Assembly (NCBI GenBank): GCA_045658225.1
Contig: JAZOUO010000009.1
Location: forward strand, 9,456 to 73,455
Length of the DNA: 64,000 nt
From: Eubacteriales bacterium
Lineage (GTDB): Bacteria > Bacillota > Clostridia > Oscillospirales > CAG-272
Reading direction: 5' to 3'
Positions 27,812 through 37,359 of this stretch are shown piece by piece. The notes under the pieces were generated by a model, which saw only the letters and a list, made by a program, of their open reading frames with translations, ran no database searches and was not told the origin of the DNA. A program made the translations under genes and the position numbers. How positions within the stretch are numbered: position 1 is the stretch's first letter; every line of letters begins with the position of its first letter.

Positions 27812-28806
27812 ACTGAATCACCGTCCTCACTTTCCACAGAATTTTCAGTGTCGATATTCTCGGTATTTATTATTCCCATATCCTCGTCGCCCGCAAACTT
27901 AATCTTATCAAAATTTACAGACATATATACATCCTCGTTCACCGAGCTACCCGTCATAAGAGTGTAAAGGTCATCACGCAAATCGTTGGACTTGTGCCTT
28001 CCGTTCTTACCTATGTCCTGGTATCCCCTTTTGAGTATTTTATTGTTTGCAATAGAAATAATTCCCGTCTCCTCGGATACCACTACCACAACAGCATCAC
28101 TAACCTCGGTTATACGAAGTGCGGCCCTGTGTCTTGTACCAAGACGTCTCATCTGAGGGTCATCGCTCTCCGAGATGTTTTTTGATTTACTGGATGCTGT
28201 TATTATTTTATTATCGCGTATTATCACCGCACCATCGTGCAAAGGTGATTTGTTAAAGAAAATGTTGCTCAGAAGCTGTCTTGATACCTTTGCGTCAAGA
28301 GATACGCCCTCGGTCATCTGCGAACGCAGGCGGCTTGAACGCTCAATAACGATAAGCGCACCGTCCCCACGTGCCGAAAGCTCAAATGCCGCCGCGGAAA
28401 TTTCCTCTACCATCTTAAGCGTGTCAGGGCTCTGATCCGCTTTTTTGTTCTTTATCTTTCTAAAATTCAAGGATGTAGAGCCAACCTCCTCAAGCACCGC
28501 GCGAAGCTCAGGCTGGAAGATGATACACACTACCATAATGCCGACCACGTAGAAATTCTTGAGTATAGAGCCTATAGCAACCATATGGAATATATCACTT
28601 AAAACATATATAAGCACAACCGCGCCCAGTCCGAGTGCTATTCTACCAACATGTCTATCTCTAATAAACTTAAATACCATATACAGAAGGCTCGCAAGCA
28701 AAAGTATATCTATTATGTCAATGATACCGATATTGACTATGGGGAAAATTACATAATCCTTGAAATTTTCAAGCAACGTATTCCAGAATACTGTTATATT
28801 TGGCAT
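27808..28806 (-). CDS. cdaA: diadenylate cyclase CdaA with an acidic C-terminal extension
   Basis: 332 aa with 3 N-terminal TM segments. DAC domain motifs are LHDGAVII and GTRHRAAL...VVVVSEETG. Confidence 0.9.
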   Translation of the reverse strand: MPNITVFWNTLLENFKDYVIFPIVNIGIIDIIDILLLASLLYMVFKFIRDRHVGRIALGLGAVVLIYVLSDIFHMVAIGSILKNFYVVGIMVVCIIFQPELRAVLEEVGSTSLNFRKIKNKKADQSPDTLKMVEEISAAAFELSARGDGALIVIERSSRLRSQMTEGVSLDAKVSRQLLSNIFFNKSPLHDGAVIIRDNKIITASSKSKNISESDDPQMRRLGTRHRAALRITEVSDAVVVVVSEETGIISIANNKILKRGYQDIGKNGRHKSNDLRDDLYTLMTGSSVNEDVYMSVNFDKIKFAGDEDMGIINTENIDTENSVESEDGDSV

Positions 28807-28823
28807 ATTTTCCTCCCTGACAG

Positions 28824-30278
28824 TTAATTATTTTTCCTGCTCTTTGTAAGCAGGTCGTTTTTGATGTCCCAAAGCTTTTGCGACAAGTCAACATAGTAGT
28901 TGTGAGGATTGGTAAATCTCTTTACCTCATCCCACATACCCTGAATTTCTCTTTCGTGATGCTCTCTTATCTCTTTGAGGGTGGGCAATTCATAAACAAG
29001 CTCTCCGTTTTTGAAAATAGGAACAAGAAGCTCGGTCGCGGTATAGTTTTCAAGCACCTTGCGCTTCCATGTGTGCTCAGGATCGAACAGCTCTATAGGC
29101 TTTGTGTCGTCAACCGTCTCGTCGTAAACGCATATAAGGTCTGCCTCAGCCTTGCCCGTATCACGACCGCGGAGTCTGTAGACCTTTTTGAAGTGAGGCG
29201 TGGTTATCTTGCCGACGTTCTCACTTATCTTTATTTTCGGGGTGACATTGCCATCTGCATCCTCAACCGCACAGAGCTTATATACCGCACCGAACACGGG
29301 GTGGCTCTTTGCCGTTATAAGTCTCTCACCGACACCAAAGCCGTCCACCTCCGCGCCCTGACGGATAAGCTCACGGATTATATACTCGTCAAGCGAGTTG
29401 GAAACAATTATCTTGCATTCCGTCCAACCAGCATCGTCAAGCATTTTTCTCATCTTCTTTGTAAGATACGTAATATCTCCCGAGTCAAGTCTTACACCGC
29501 ACTTGGTTATGCCAAGGGGCTTCAACACCTCGTTAAACGCGCGAATTGCATTCGGGATACCCGACTTCAACACGTTATAGGTGTCAATAAGCAATGTTGC
29601 GTTGTTGGGGTATATCTCACAGTATGTCTTAAACGCTGTATATTCATCGTCAAACATCTGCACCCAAGAGTGAGCCATCGTGCCTGTTGCAGGAACGCCG
29701 TACACCTCATCGGATATAGCGCAAGCGGTGGAATTACATCCACCTATATACGCAGCACGCGCTCCCAGTATCGCCGCATCTGCACCCTGAGCGCGTCTCG
29801 AACCAAACTCGCTGACTATTCTTCCCTTTGCTGCGCGGGTTATTCTTGCCGCCTTAGTCGCGATAAGCGACTGGTGATTTATCATAAGAAGCAGATAGGT
29901 CTCAATAAACTGTGCCTCTATCGCCTTTGCTCTTACTGTTATAAGAGGCTCTCCGGGAAAAACGATAGTTCCTTCGGGTATTGCCCAAATGTCTCCGGTA
30001 AATCTGAAAGTTGAAAGATACTTGAGAAATTCCTCGTCAAAGCATCCCTTAGAGCGAAGATATGCTATATCGTCCTCGTCAAACTTGAGATCTTTTACGT
30101 ATTCTATTATCTGCTCAAGACCTGCCGCTACCGCGTATCCACCATGATCGGGATTATCCCTGTAATACAGGTCAAAATAAACTATCTTATCCGCATATCC
30201 GCACTTGAAATATCCGTTTCCCATAGTGAGCTCGTAAAAGTCAAAGAGCATTGTAAGGTTTCTGCTTATATCCTTCAT
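28824..30278 (-). CDS. pncB: nicotinate phosphoribosyltransferase
   Basis: 484 aa. FDFYELTMGNGYF...GTMAHSWVQ is typical of PncB. Confidence 0.9.
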   Translation of the reverse strand: MKDISRNLTMLFDFYELTMGNGYFKCGYADKIVYFDLYYRDNPDHGGYAVAAGLEQIIEYVKDLKFDEDDIAYLRSKGCFDEEFLKYLSTFRFTGDIWAIPEGTIVFPGEPLITVRAKAIEAQFIETYLLLMINHQSLIATKAARITRAAKGRIVSEFGSRRAQGADAAILGARAAYIGGCNSTACAISDEVYGVPATGTMAHSWVQMFDDEYTAFKTYCEIYPNNATLLIDTYNVLKSGIPNAIRAFNEVLKPLGITKCGVRLDSGDITYLTKKMRKMLDDAGWTECKIIVSNSLDEYIIRELIRQGAEVDGFGVGERLITAKSHPVFGAVYKLCAVEDADGNVTPKIKISENVGKITTPHFKKVYRLRGRDTGKAEADLICVYDETVDDTKPIELFDPEHTWKRKVLENYTATELLVPIFKNGELVYELPTLKEIREHHEREIQGMWDEVKRFTNPHNYYVDLSQKLWDIKNDLLTKSRKNN

Positions 30279-30351
30279 TCTAACGTCCTCCCGTTAAAAT
30301 CAAATTCAAAATGGTTATTCTTTGGCATTATAAGATAAAATGCCAATATAT

Positions 30352-30381
30352 ATTATAACATATATATTATCTCAAAGTCAA
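30352..30381 (-). promoter_or_regulatory. sigma-A-type promoter for pncB
   Basis: On the minus strand: TTGACT, 18-nt spacer, TATAAT. The 5'UTR carries the hairpin TTGGCATT..AATGCCAA. Confidence 0.5.
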
Positions 30382-30434
30382 GCAGTTATTGAAATAATAT
30401 ATATAAACCTCACTATATAACGCAAGGTTTTTGA

Positions 30435-30505
30435 CAAAAAATATCCGCACATTCACTCCAATGCCGAAAATTCGGTCACGAAGCACAGATGTGCGGATAT
30501 TTTTT
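30435..30505 (-). terminator. terminator after the 30513-31298 gene
   Basis: AATATCCGCACAT...ATGTGCGGATATT stem flanked by A- and T-runs. Confidence 0.7.
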
Positions 30506-30512
30506 ATTAAAT

Positions 30513-31298
30513 TCACTCATAAAGCTCGCGTTTGAGCTTTGTCTCTAAAAACAGCATCAAGAGCCAGATTACCGCAAAGTAGCACGCTACACCGCTGAGG
30601 ATATCAGACGAATAATAAATTATCATACCCGGTATCTCAGAGAGTTGCGGAACACCGTACATTATCGTGTACAGTATATCGTAAAATATTCTTTGCGCTA
30701 CCTTTGTAGCGGCGACTATAACTCCCGCCCAAAATGCGCTTTTAATCATAGGATTATTGATGTCAATAAAGGATTTGAACGGATATATTCCGTCTGTGCT
30801 TGGTTTAATGCCAAGCTTTTTGTCTGCCTTGCGTTTTTTTTCAACGAGCTCAAGGTGCACTGACAATATTTTATATGCTATAAGCAAGACTACAAAATAC
30901 TGCAAAAGCTCAAAAAACAAAGGCACGAGAATACTGCGGATATCACTCCATATTCTGATTTCAAAGCCATTGTCAAGCCACGTCATAAATACGTTGATCA
31001 AATATTTGGACAAGGTCACAAGCAAGAATATCATCGCTGGTATGCCTATTTTTCCAACACCATATCTGTATATTGAGTAAATAGACACAGCATACGCTAT
31101 CGCTATCGCAACTATCTCAACCAAGTCGTAAATATACTCTATCACAGTGGGCAGTACAGTGTCCATATACTGAATATCATTTGCGTACATATTACCAAGC
31201 GGCACAAGTGCAAAACAGTAAAGACAGTACAAAAACATCATACTTACGGCAAAAAATATATTCAGTTTTCTGCGTAATTTAAGTTCCTTTTTATTCAA
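30513..31298 (-). CDS. hypothetical multi-pass membrane protein
   Basis: 261 aa with about 6-7 TM segments. No family recognised. Confidence 0.5.
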   Translation of the reverse strand: MNKKELKLRRKLNIFFAVSMMFLYCLYCFALVPLGNMYANDIQYMDTVLPTVIEYIYDLVEIVAIAIAYAVSIYSIYRYGVGKIGIPAMIFLLVTLSKYLINVFMTWLDNGFEIRIWSDIRSILVPLFFELLQYFVVLLIAYKILSVHLELVEKKRKADKKLGIKPSTDGIYPFKSFIDINNPMIKSAFWAGVIVAATKVAQRIFYDILYTIMYGVPQLSEIPGMIIYYSSDILSGVACYFAVIWLLMLFLETKLKRELYE

Positions 31299-31308
31299 AA
31301 TATATCCC

Positions 31309-32487
31309 CTATGATTTTACTTCTTCAAGAAATTTTCCTATTCTGTCAATAGCCTCCTTGATGTGGTCTGTGGAATAGCAATATGACGCCCTGATAAAGC
31401 CCTCGCCCGACGCGCCAAACGCGCTTCCAGGAACAACGGCAACCTTTTGCGAATAAAGCAATCTCTCACAGAACTCATCACTTGAAAGTCCCGATATTTT
31501 TATTGACGGGAAGGTATAGAAAGCACCCTTGGGCTCGAAACAATCCATACCAAGCTTGCGGAACCCATTTACCATTATGCGACGACGCACATCATATTCC
31601 GCCTTCATTCTCTCAATGTCCGCATCTCCGTTTTTCAGTGCCTCGATCGCCGCGTACTGAGCCGTTGTAGGCGCGCTCATTATGGCAAACTGATGTATCT
31701 TTGTTATCTGCTGAATTATGGGCGCAGGCGCGCAGACATATCCAAGTCTCCATCCTGTCATGGAATAGGTCTTGGAAAAACCGTTTATTACTATGGTGCG
31801 CTCTCTCATTCCGTCTATCGACGCAAAGGAAACATGGGTGTTATCTCCGTATGTAAGCTCGGAATATATCTCGTCGGAAAGCACGCAGATATTTGTCTCC
31901 TTGAGAACTTCAGCTATAGCCTCAAGGTCTGCTTTTTCCATAATAGCGCCCGTGGGATTACAGGGATACGGGAAGATAAGCATCTTAGTCTTGTCCGTTA
32001 TTTTTTCACGGAGCTCATTTGCTGTGAGTCTGAACTCGTTTTCTGCCTTAAGATCAATAATTACGGGAACACCGCCAGCAAGCCTTACGAGGGGCTCGTA
32101 GCAAACAAAGCTGGGCTGAGGAATAATGACCTCATCACCGCGAGAAACAACAGCGCGGATAGCATTATCAATCCCCTCGCTTCCGCCCACGGTTATAAGC
32201 ACCTCGCTCTTTGGCTCGTACTCAACTCCGTATTTTCTCAAAAAGAATTTACTTACCTCACAGCGCAACGCCATAAGTCCCGCATTGGCAGTGTATTTGG
32301 TCTTACTCTGCTCAAGCGACTGTATGCCCGCGCTTTTTATATGCCACGGTGTGGGAAAATCAGGCTCGCCGACACCAAGGGATATTACCCCCTCCATGCT
32401 CTCGGCAATGTCAAAATATTTCCGTATTCCCGACGGCTTTATATCCTGACTAACCACACTGTTCAGTACTTTGGAATAATCTATCAT
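31309..32487 (-). CDS. class I/II aminotransferase (aspartate aminotransferase-like)
   Basis: 392 aa. Motifs are GEPDFPTP, NPTGA and SFSKTYSMTGWRLGY (PLP lysine). Confidence 0.85.
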   Translation of the reverse strand: MIDYSKVLNSVVSQDIKPSGIRKYFDIAESMEGVISLGVGEPDFPTPWHIKSAGIQSLEQSKTKYTANAGLMALRCEVSKFFLRKYGVEYEPKSEVLITVGGSEGIDNAIRAVVSRGDEVIIPQPSFVCYEPLVRLAGGVPVIIDLKAENEFRLTANELREKITDKTKMLIFPYPCNPTGAIMEKADLEAIAEVLKETNICVLSDEIYSELTYGDNTHVSFASIDGMRERTIVINGFSKTYSMTGWRLGYVCAPAPIIQQITKIHQFAIMSAPTTAQYAAIEALKNGDADIERMKAEYDVRRRIMVNGFRKLGMDCFEPKGAFYTFPSIKISGLSSDEFCERLLYSQKVAVVPGSAFGASGEGFIRASYCYSTDHIKEAIDRIGKFLEEVKS

Positions 32488-32966
32488 AAGGAGTATGCTC
32501 CTCTTTCATCTTTTTCTGTATTTACAAGCTCAACATCAAGCTCTTTGTATCTGCGAAGCACAAAGTGCGTTGCCGTAGACGTTATCTCGCGCTTTGTCGC
32601 CAGCTCCTTGGCAACGAACATAGCCACCTCGTGGAAGGTCTTTCCCTTTACCATAACGCAAAGGTCGTACGTTCCCGACATAAGATAGACAGACTCCACC
32701 TCGTCGTATTTCATGATATTTTCTGCGACCTTCTCAAATCCGTACTCATCCTGAGGAATTACCTTCAGCTCGATAACAGCAGAAACGTATGCATTATCAA
32801 GTCTTTCCCAGTCAATAACTGTCTTGTATCCGCGGATAAGTCCCGCAACCTCAAGCTCCTTTATCTCCGCCTCAACTTCCGACTGTTCAAGCCCCGTCAT
32901 AACGGCGAGATCCTCTATCGTATAGCGCGCATTTTTTGCGAGTAAATTCAAAATCTGAATATTCAT
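32484..32966 (-). CDS. Lrp/AsnC-family transcriptional regulator
   Basis: 160 aa with an HTH followed by an AsnC-type ligand domain. Overlaps the aminotransferase start by 4 nt. Confidence 0.85.
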   Translation of the reverse strand: MNIQILNLLAKNARYTIEDLAVMTGLEQSEVEAEIKELEVAGLIRGYKTVIDWERLDNAYVSAVIELKVIPQDEYGFEKVAENIMKYDEVESVYLMSGTYDLCVMVKGKTFHEVAMFVAKELATKREITSTATHFVLRRYKELDVELVNTEKDERGAYSL

Positions 32967-33040
32967 ATTTTCTGCCTTTCAATTTAAAAAATCCTTATAA
33001 AACAAAGACTCGGAGAAATTCCCCGAGCTTTAAAAAATGT

Positions 33041-33083
33041 AAAAAACGCTCTCCGTTCTGCGCTTGCGCACAGAACGGAAAGG
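33041..33083 (-). terminator. terminator after the small P-loop gene; a second hairpin follows at about 33009-33030
   Basis: On the minus strand: CCGTTCTGTGCGC-aa-GCGCAGAACGG + TTTTTT. This is followed by GCTCGGGGAATTTCTCCGAGTC + TTTGTTTT. Confidence 0.7.
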
Positions 33084-33097
33084 AAAAGTTTTAAGTA

Positions 33098-33505
33098 TTA
33101 GAGGTACTTCTTAACTATATCGCTTGCTTCTTCAACGGGGATAGAAGACGTCATAACGATGTTTACGTTGAGATTGTTGGAGAGCTCGTCAACCTCTTTT
33201 ACAAAGTTGTCAAACGCCGCAACGTCATTGTTAGCTATCTTGAGAGCAGAGTCAACGAATACATCTGTCACGTCATGATTGCTTGCAAGAATACCCGCGA
33301 TGAAGCCATAAAGAGCGTCTGCGTCAAAAATGAGATATTCGTTTGTGTTTATAAGTCTTACGTTATAGTTAATATCAAAGCGGAGTCCAATACCCTTTTC
33401 GATACAAACAACCGCACCTGCTGACTTTTCTGCTGCTTCGTTTACCGTGCTGATGAGAGCCTTGGTCTTACCAGTTCCCTTAACGCCGATGATGAGCTTT
33501 AACAT
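33098..33505 (-). CDS. small stand-alone P-loop NTPase-like protein, function unknown
   Basis: 135 aa. Walker A-like GVKGTGKT at residues 7-14 and a Walker B-like DVFVD. GAGGAGG RBS. Confidence 0.55.
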   Translation of the reverse strand: MLKLIIGVKGTGKTKALISTVNEAAEKSAGAVVCIEKGIGLRFDINYNVRLINTNEYLIFDADALYGFIAGILASNHDVTDVFVDSALKIANNDVAAFDNFVKEVDELSNNLNVNIVMTSSIPVEEASDIVKKYL

Positions 33506-33602
33506 AATTAACCTCCTCGCCGCACAAACGCGGCTTTATATAAGTATTTAATATTTCCATTACCTTGACCAAAATATATACGGTCTCGGTCTTGTTTTTC
33601 AT

Positions 33603-33631
33603 ATTATAACACAAAAATTACAATTTTTCAA
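33603..33631 (-). promoter_or_regulatory. consensus-like sigma-A promoter for the small P-loop gene
   Basis: On the minus strand: TTGAAA, 17-nt spacer, TATAAT, leaving a 5'UTR of about 95 nt. Confidence 0.55.
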
Positions 33632-33686
33632 GTGCTATAATACAATTTATTCAATTTTTTTGCAAGAAATTGCCGCGCTGTACCGA

Positions 33687-35024
33687 TTATCCAAGTCTCG
33701 CTTCAAGCTCTGCTTTCATTTCCTCATAGCCGGGCTTACCGAGAAGCGCAAACATATTCTTCTTGTACGCCTCAACTCCGGGCTGGTTGAAGGGATTTAC
33801 ACCCAGCATATATCCCGATATAGCACAAGCTATCTCAAAGAAGTAAATAAGATAACCCATAGAGTATGCACTTCGGTCTGCAACCTCGATAAGAATATTG
33901 GGAACTCCGCCGTCAACATGGGCAAGAAGCGTTCCCTGCATAGCGAGTTTCTTGACTTTGTTAAGGTCGGTATTTGCAACGAAGTTGAGTCCGTCAATAT
34001 TCTCCTCGTCATAAGGAATGTTAAACGAAACACCCGTATCCTCAATAGAAATTACGGTTTCAAACAGATTTCTCATACCGTCCTGAATATACTGACCGAG
34101 GGAGTGGAGGTCTGTCGAGAAGATAACAGATGCGGGGAAAATTCCCTTTTTGTCCTTGCCCTCGCTCTCGCCGTAAAGCTGCTTGAACCACTCGTTGAAC
34201 ATTCTCGCGTAGGACTCGTATCCCGCAAGGATTTCGGTAGTCTTGCCCTTGTTGTAAAGTATATTTCTTATAGCCGCGTATCTGTATGCGTCGTTCTTTT
34301 CAATATCATTTACGGAATAAGCAACTCTCGCGTCTGCCGCGCCCTGCATAAGAGCGTCGATGTCTATACCTGCAACTGCTATAGGAAGAAGTCCTACTGC
34401 GGTCAGAACGGAAAATCTTCCGCCCACGTCATCAGGCACTACGTATGTATCATATCCCATCTTATCCGCAAAGCCCTTGAGAGTTCCGCGCGCCTTATCG
34501 GTAGTGACGAAAATTCTATCCTTTGCACCTTCGACACCGTACTTTTTCTCAAGCATTCCGCGGAATACTCTGAAAGCAACGGCAGGCTCGGTGGTAGTTC
34601 CCGACTTCGAAATAACGTTGATACAAACGTCACGTCCCTCGCAGATTTCCAAAAGCTCGGCAATAGACGCCGCACTTATATCACAGCCCGCAAAGTAAAT
34701 ATCGGGGGTATCCTTTTTTATGTTGTTGTAATTGGGGGATTTGAGAAATTCAATAACCGCGCGAGCGCCGAGGTACGAGCCGCCAATACCTATAACGATA
34801 AACACGTCACAGCTCTTCTTTATCTTTTCAGCCGCAACCTTTATACGAGCGAACTCCTCCTTGTCATAATTTTCGGGAAGGTCTACCCAGCCGAGAAAAT
34901 CATTTCCCGCACCGTTTCTGTTCACTATCTGCTCGTGAGCAGCGGTGAGAAGTGGGCGTATGCCTTCATATTCGTGGGATTCTATAAATCCGCCAAGATA
35001 CTTATCGTTTAACTTAACTGACAT
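33687..35024 (-). CDS. pgi: glucose-6-phosphate isomerase
   Basis: Start moved to the ATG at 35024 ([22 protein letters not shown]). Motifs are [11 protein letters not shown] and SKSGTTTEP. Confidence 0.9.
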   Translation of the reverse strand: MSVKLNDKYLGGFIESHEYEGIRPLLTAAHEQIVNRNGAGNDFLGWVDLPENYDKEEFARIKVAAEKIKKSCDVFIVIGIGGSYLGARAVIEFLKSPNYNNIKKDTPDIYFAGCDISAASIAELLEICEGRDVCINVISKSGTTTEPAVAFRVFRGMLEKKYGVEGAKDRIFVTTDKARGTLKGFADKMGYDTYVVPDDVGGRFSVLTAVGLLPIAVAGIDIDALMQGAADARVAYSVNDIEKNDAYRYAAIRNILYNKGKTTEILAGYESYARMFNEWFKQLYGESEGKDKKGIFPASVIFSTDLHSLGQYIQDGMRNLFETVISIEDTGVSFNIPYDEENIDGLNFVANTDLNKVKKLAMQGTLLAHVDGGVPNILIEVADRSAYSMGYLIYFFEIACAISGYMLGVNPFNQPGVEAYKKNMFALLGKPGYEEMKAELEARLG

Positions 35025-35109
35025 TTTACAAAATTCCTTTCGTTTTACTGATTTCATTATATCACGGTAATAATTTTTTTGCAATAGCTTATTATGCTTT
35101 ATTTATATT

Positions 35110-36303
35110 TTATTTAAGAAAAAATCTCGAAAATGCTCTGAAAATAAGTGTATAATATCCAATTCTCTCAACATCATCACACACTATGACATCTACACTG
35201 CCTATCTCCTTGCCGTCGAGCATATATACGACCTTGCCGACCACGTCCCCCTTTGAAAGCGGCGCGCAAATGTTGTCATTCAAAATCAAGTTTTTTGTGA
35301 TTTTGGACGACGTTCCCTTGTCTGCGAGGTAATTAAACTGCGGATATTCAAGCGTCGCGTATCTGTCCTTTGAACCGAGTATTTGAACCTTATCAATGCT
35401 ATCACCCTCAGATGAATACATCTCGTATTTCGCAAAGCCACGGTCAAGCATAGTTGTAGCTATATTGTTTCTTATATCTCGGGTCGGCGCGCCCATAACA
35501 ACACAGATAAGCGACACACCGCCTCTTTCTGCCGTTGTGCTGATACAAAAGCCCGCCTTGTCAGTAGAGCCTGTTTTAAGTCCTGTACAACCCTGATAGT
35601 AGCGCACAAGACGGTTTGTGTTCGTGAGTCCGAACGCGCCACCTCTGACAGTATCCATCCATATTGAGCTATACTCGAGTATTTTAGGATGCTTTATAAG
35701 CTCGCGCGACATAATCGCTATATCGCGCGCGGACGTGACGTGGTTCTCTGCCGTATCGTCAAGACCATTTGTGTTCTCAAAATGCGTGTTTTTCATTCCA
35801 AGCTCTGCCGCTTTTGCGTTCATTTTCTCAACAAACGCCATCTCACTTCCCTCGCAGAACTCGGCAAGAGCGCAAGCCGCGTCGTTTGCCGACGCAATTA
35901 TAACACTTTTGAGCATATCCTCAACGCTCATCTGCTCGCCAACCTCAAGGTATATCTGTGAGCCGCCCATAGACGCCGCGCGCTCGCTGACGGACACCAT
36001 ATCATCAAGCTTTATTTTGCCTGAGTCTATGGCTTCCATTACAAGCAAAAGAGTCATTACCTTCGTCACGGATGCGGGCGGAAGTGCCTCGTCTGCATTT
36101 TGGGTGTATATTATTTTTCCCGTGTTTGCCTCCATAAGTATAACGCTTTTGCAGTCAAACTCATTGCCCTCGACGGATACGTCTGCTGAAGTATAAAGCG
36201 CATCGTCGTTTATGGGCATTTCATAGTCTGTTGCATTGACCGTCATCGGACAGATAAGAATTATAACGGTCAGGAAGACACATAAAAGGTTTTTAAATTT
36301 CAT
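35110..36303 (-). CDS. D-alanyl-D-alanine carboxypeptidase (low-MW PBP, class A)
   Basis: 397 aa with a signal peptide. Motifs are SVTK (SxxK), SAND (SxN) and KTGS (KTG). Confidence 0.85.
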   Translation of the reverse strand: MKFKNLLCVFLTVIILICPMTVNATDYEMPINDDALYTSADVSVEGNEFDCKSVILMEANTGKIIYTQNADEALPPASVTKVMTLLLVMEAIDSGKIKLDDMVSVSERAASMGGSQIYLEVGEQMSVEDMLKSVIIASANDAACALAEFCEGSEMAFVEKMNAKAAELGMKNTHFENTNGLDDTAENHVTSARDIAIMSRELIKHPKILEYSSIWMDTVRGGAFGLTNTNRLVRYYQGCTGLKTGSTDKAGFCISTTAERGGVSLICVVMGAPTRDIRNNIATTMLDRGFAKYEMYSSEGDSIDKVQILGSKDRYATLEYPQFNYLADKGTSSKITKNLILNDNICAPLSKGDVVGKVVYMLDGKEIGSVDVIVCDDVERIGYYTLIFRAFSRFFLK

Positions 36304-36354
36304 AAAAAAGCTCCTCTCTATTATCTACATAATAGTATGAGGAGCTTATGTTTT

Positions 36355-37359
36355 TTATGATTTTGTTTTGTTTAGCCTTTTTATATATGCGAATGTTTCT
36401 TCTTCGCCCTTTTCGGCAAGCATACGAAGCCATGATTCAAGCAGGTCTGCGGTGTTGGGGTGCATTATATTTTTCGCGCTTCCGCGAAGAAAATAGTCCA
36501 GTGCTGAGCGATCCGTATATTTATCACCCTGATAAATCTTGCTTGCCGCAACTCTGTCACAGAACATTTCCGTCACATATCGCAAAGGCATCTCTATCGG
36601 CACGTATTGCTTGGATTTGAGGTCAACGTCCGTCCAATACTCATAGTGGTGCTTATTTCGTCCCTTGTGGTGCATCCACGCGAGCGAATATCCGTAAAGC
36701 TCGCGGGCGCGCTCGTTTGGACTGCGTGTGCCAAGGTAGTGACGTCTGCCCTCGGAAAACTCTGTGGGAGTATATTTGGACAGATCGTGGAAAAGTCCTT
36801 GCCATCCGATTCCCGCACGAAAACAGTGGGAAATGACCTTGTGTCTGTGCTTGGTTATAGTGCAAAAATGCTTTATAGGATGGGGCTTATCGGGGTTTTT
36901 GGTTTTGTGATCCGATTTGCTCACACCCGCATCCGCAAGCAAGATTTTTCTTGCTTTGAGATACTTTTCGCAGCGAGCTAAAGCATACTCATCGGGAGCC
37001 TCATCAAAGCGAGAAAGTGTGCAGTTATGCTCAAGATCGCAAAGCTTTACACGACGCGCGAGCTCATTGGATTTAAGTCGATTGATATATTCAAAATAGT
37101 CCATATCCTCGGGCTTTGTCAGAAGCTCCACCGCGTCGCAGACCTCGGCGGGAAATTCTGCGCGGATATACTCGGCGGTCACGTCTGTGTCCTCAAGGGT
37201 GTCGTGCAGAAGTGCTGTGAGAGTTGAATACTCGTCCTTCATCTGCTCGGCAAGGTGTATCGGGTGCAAAACGTACGGCAATCCCGACTTATCCGTCTGT
37301 CCCTCGTGGGCTTTGTATATCAGCTTTATTGCTTTGTTTGTAAGTGGTGTGTATATCAT
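36355..37359 (-). CDS. HD-domain (RelA/SpoT-hydrolase-like) protein fused to a His-rich C-terminal domain (DUF5662-like)
   Basis: 334 aa. The N-terminus KAHEGQTDKSGLPYVLHPIHLAE...LLHDTLEDT is alarmone-hydrolase-like. The C-terminus reads LFHDLSKYTPTEF...WMHHKGRNKHHYEYW. Confidence 0.65.
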   Translation of the reverse strand: MIYTPLTNKAIKLIYKAHEGQTDKSGLPYVLHPIHLAEQMKDEYSTLTALLHDTLEDTDVTAEYIRAEFPAEVCDAVELLTKPEDMDYFEYINRLKSNELARRVKLCDLEHNCTLSRFDEAPDEYALARCEKYLKARKILLADAGVSKSDHKTKNPDKPHPIKHFCTITKHRHKVISHCFRAGIGWQGLFHDLSKYTPTEFSEGRRHYLGTRSPNERARELYGYSLAWMHHKGRNKHHYEYWTDVDLKSKQYVPIEMPLRYVTEMFCDRVAASKIYQGDKYTDRSALDYFLRGSAKNIMHPNTADLLESWLRMLAEKGEEETFAYIKRLNKTKS

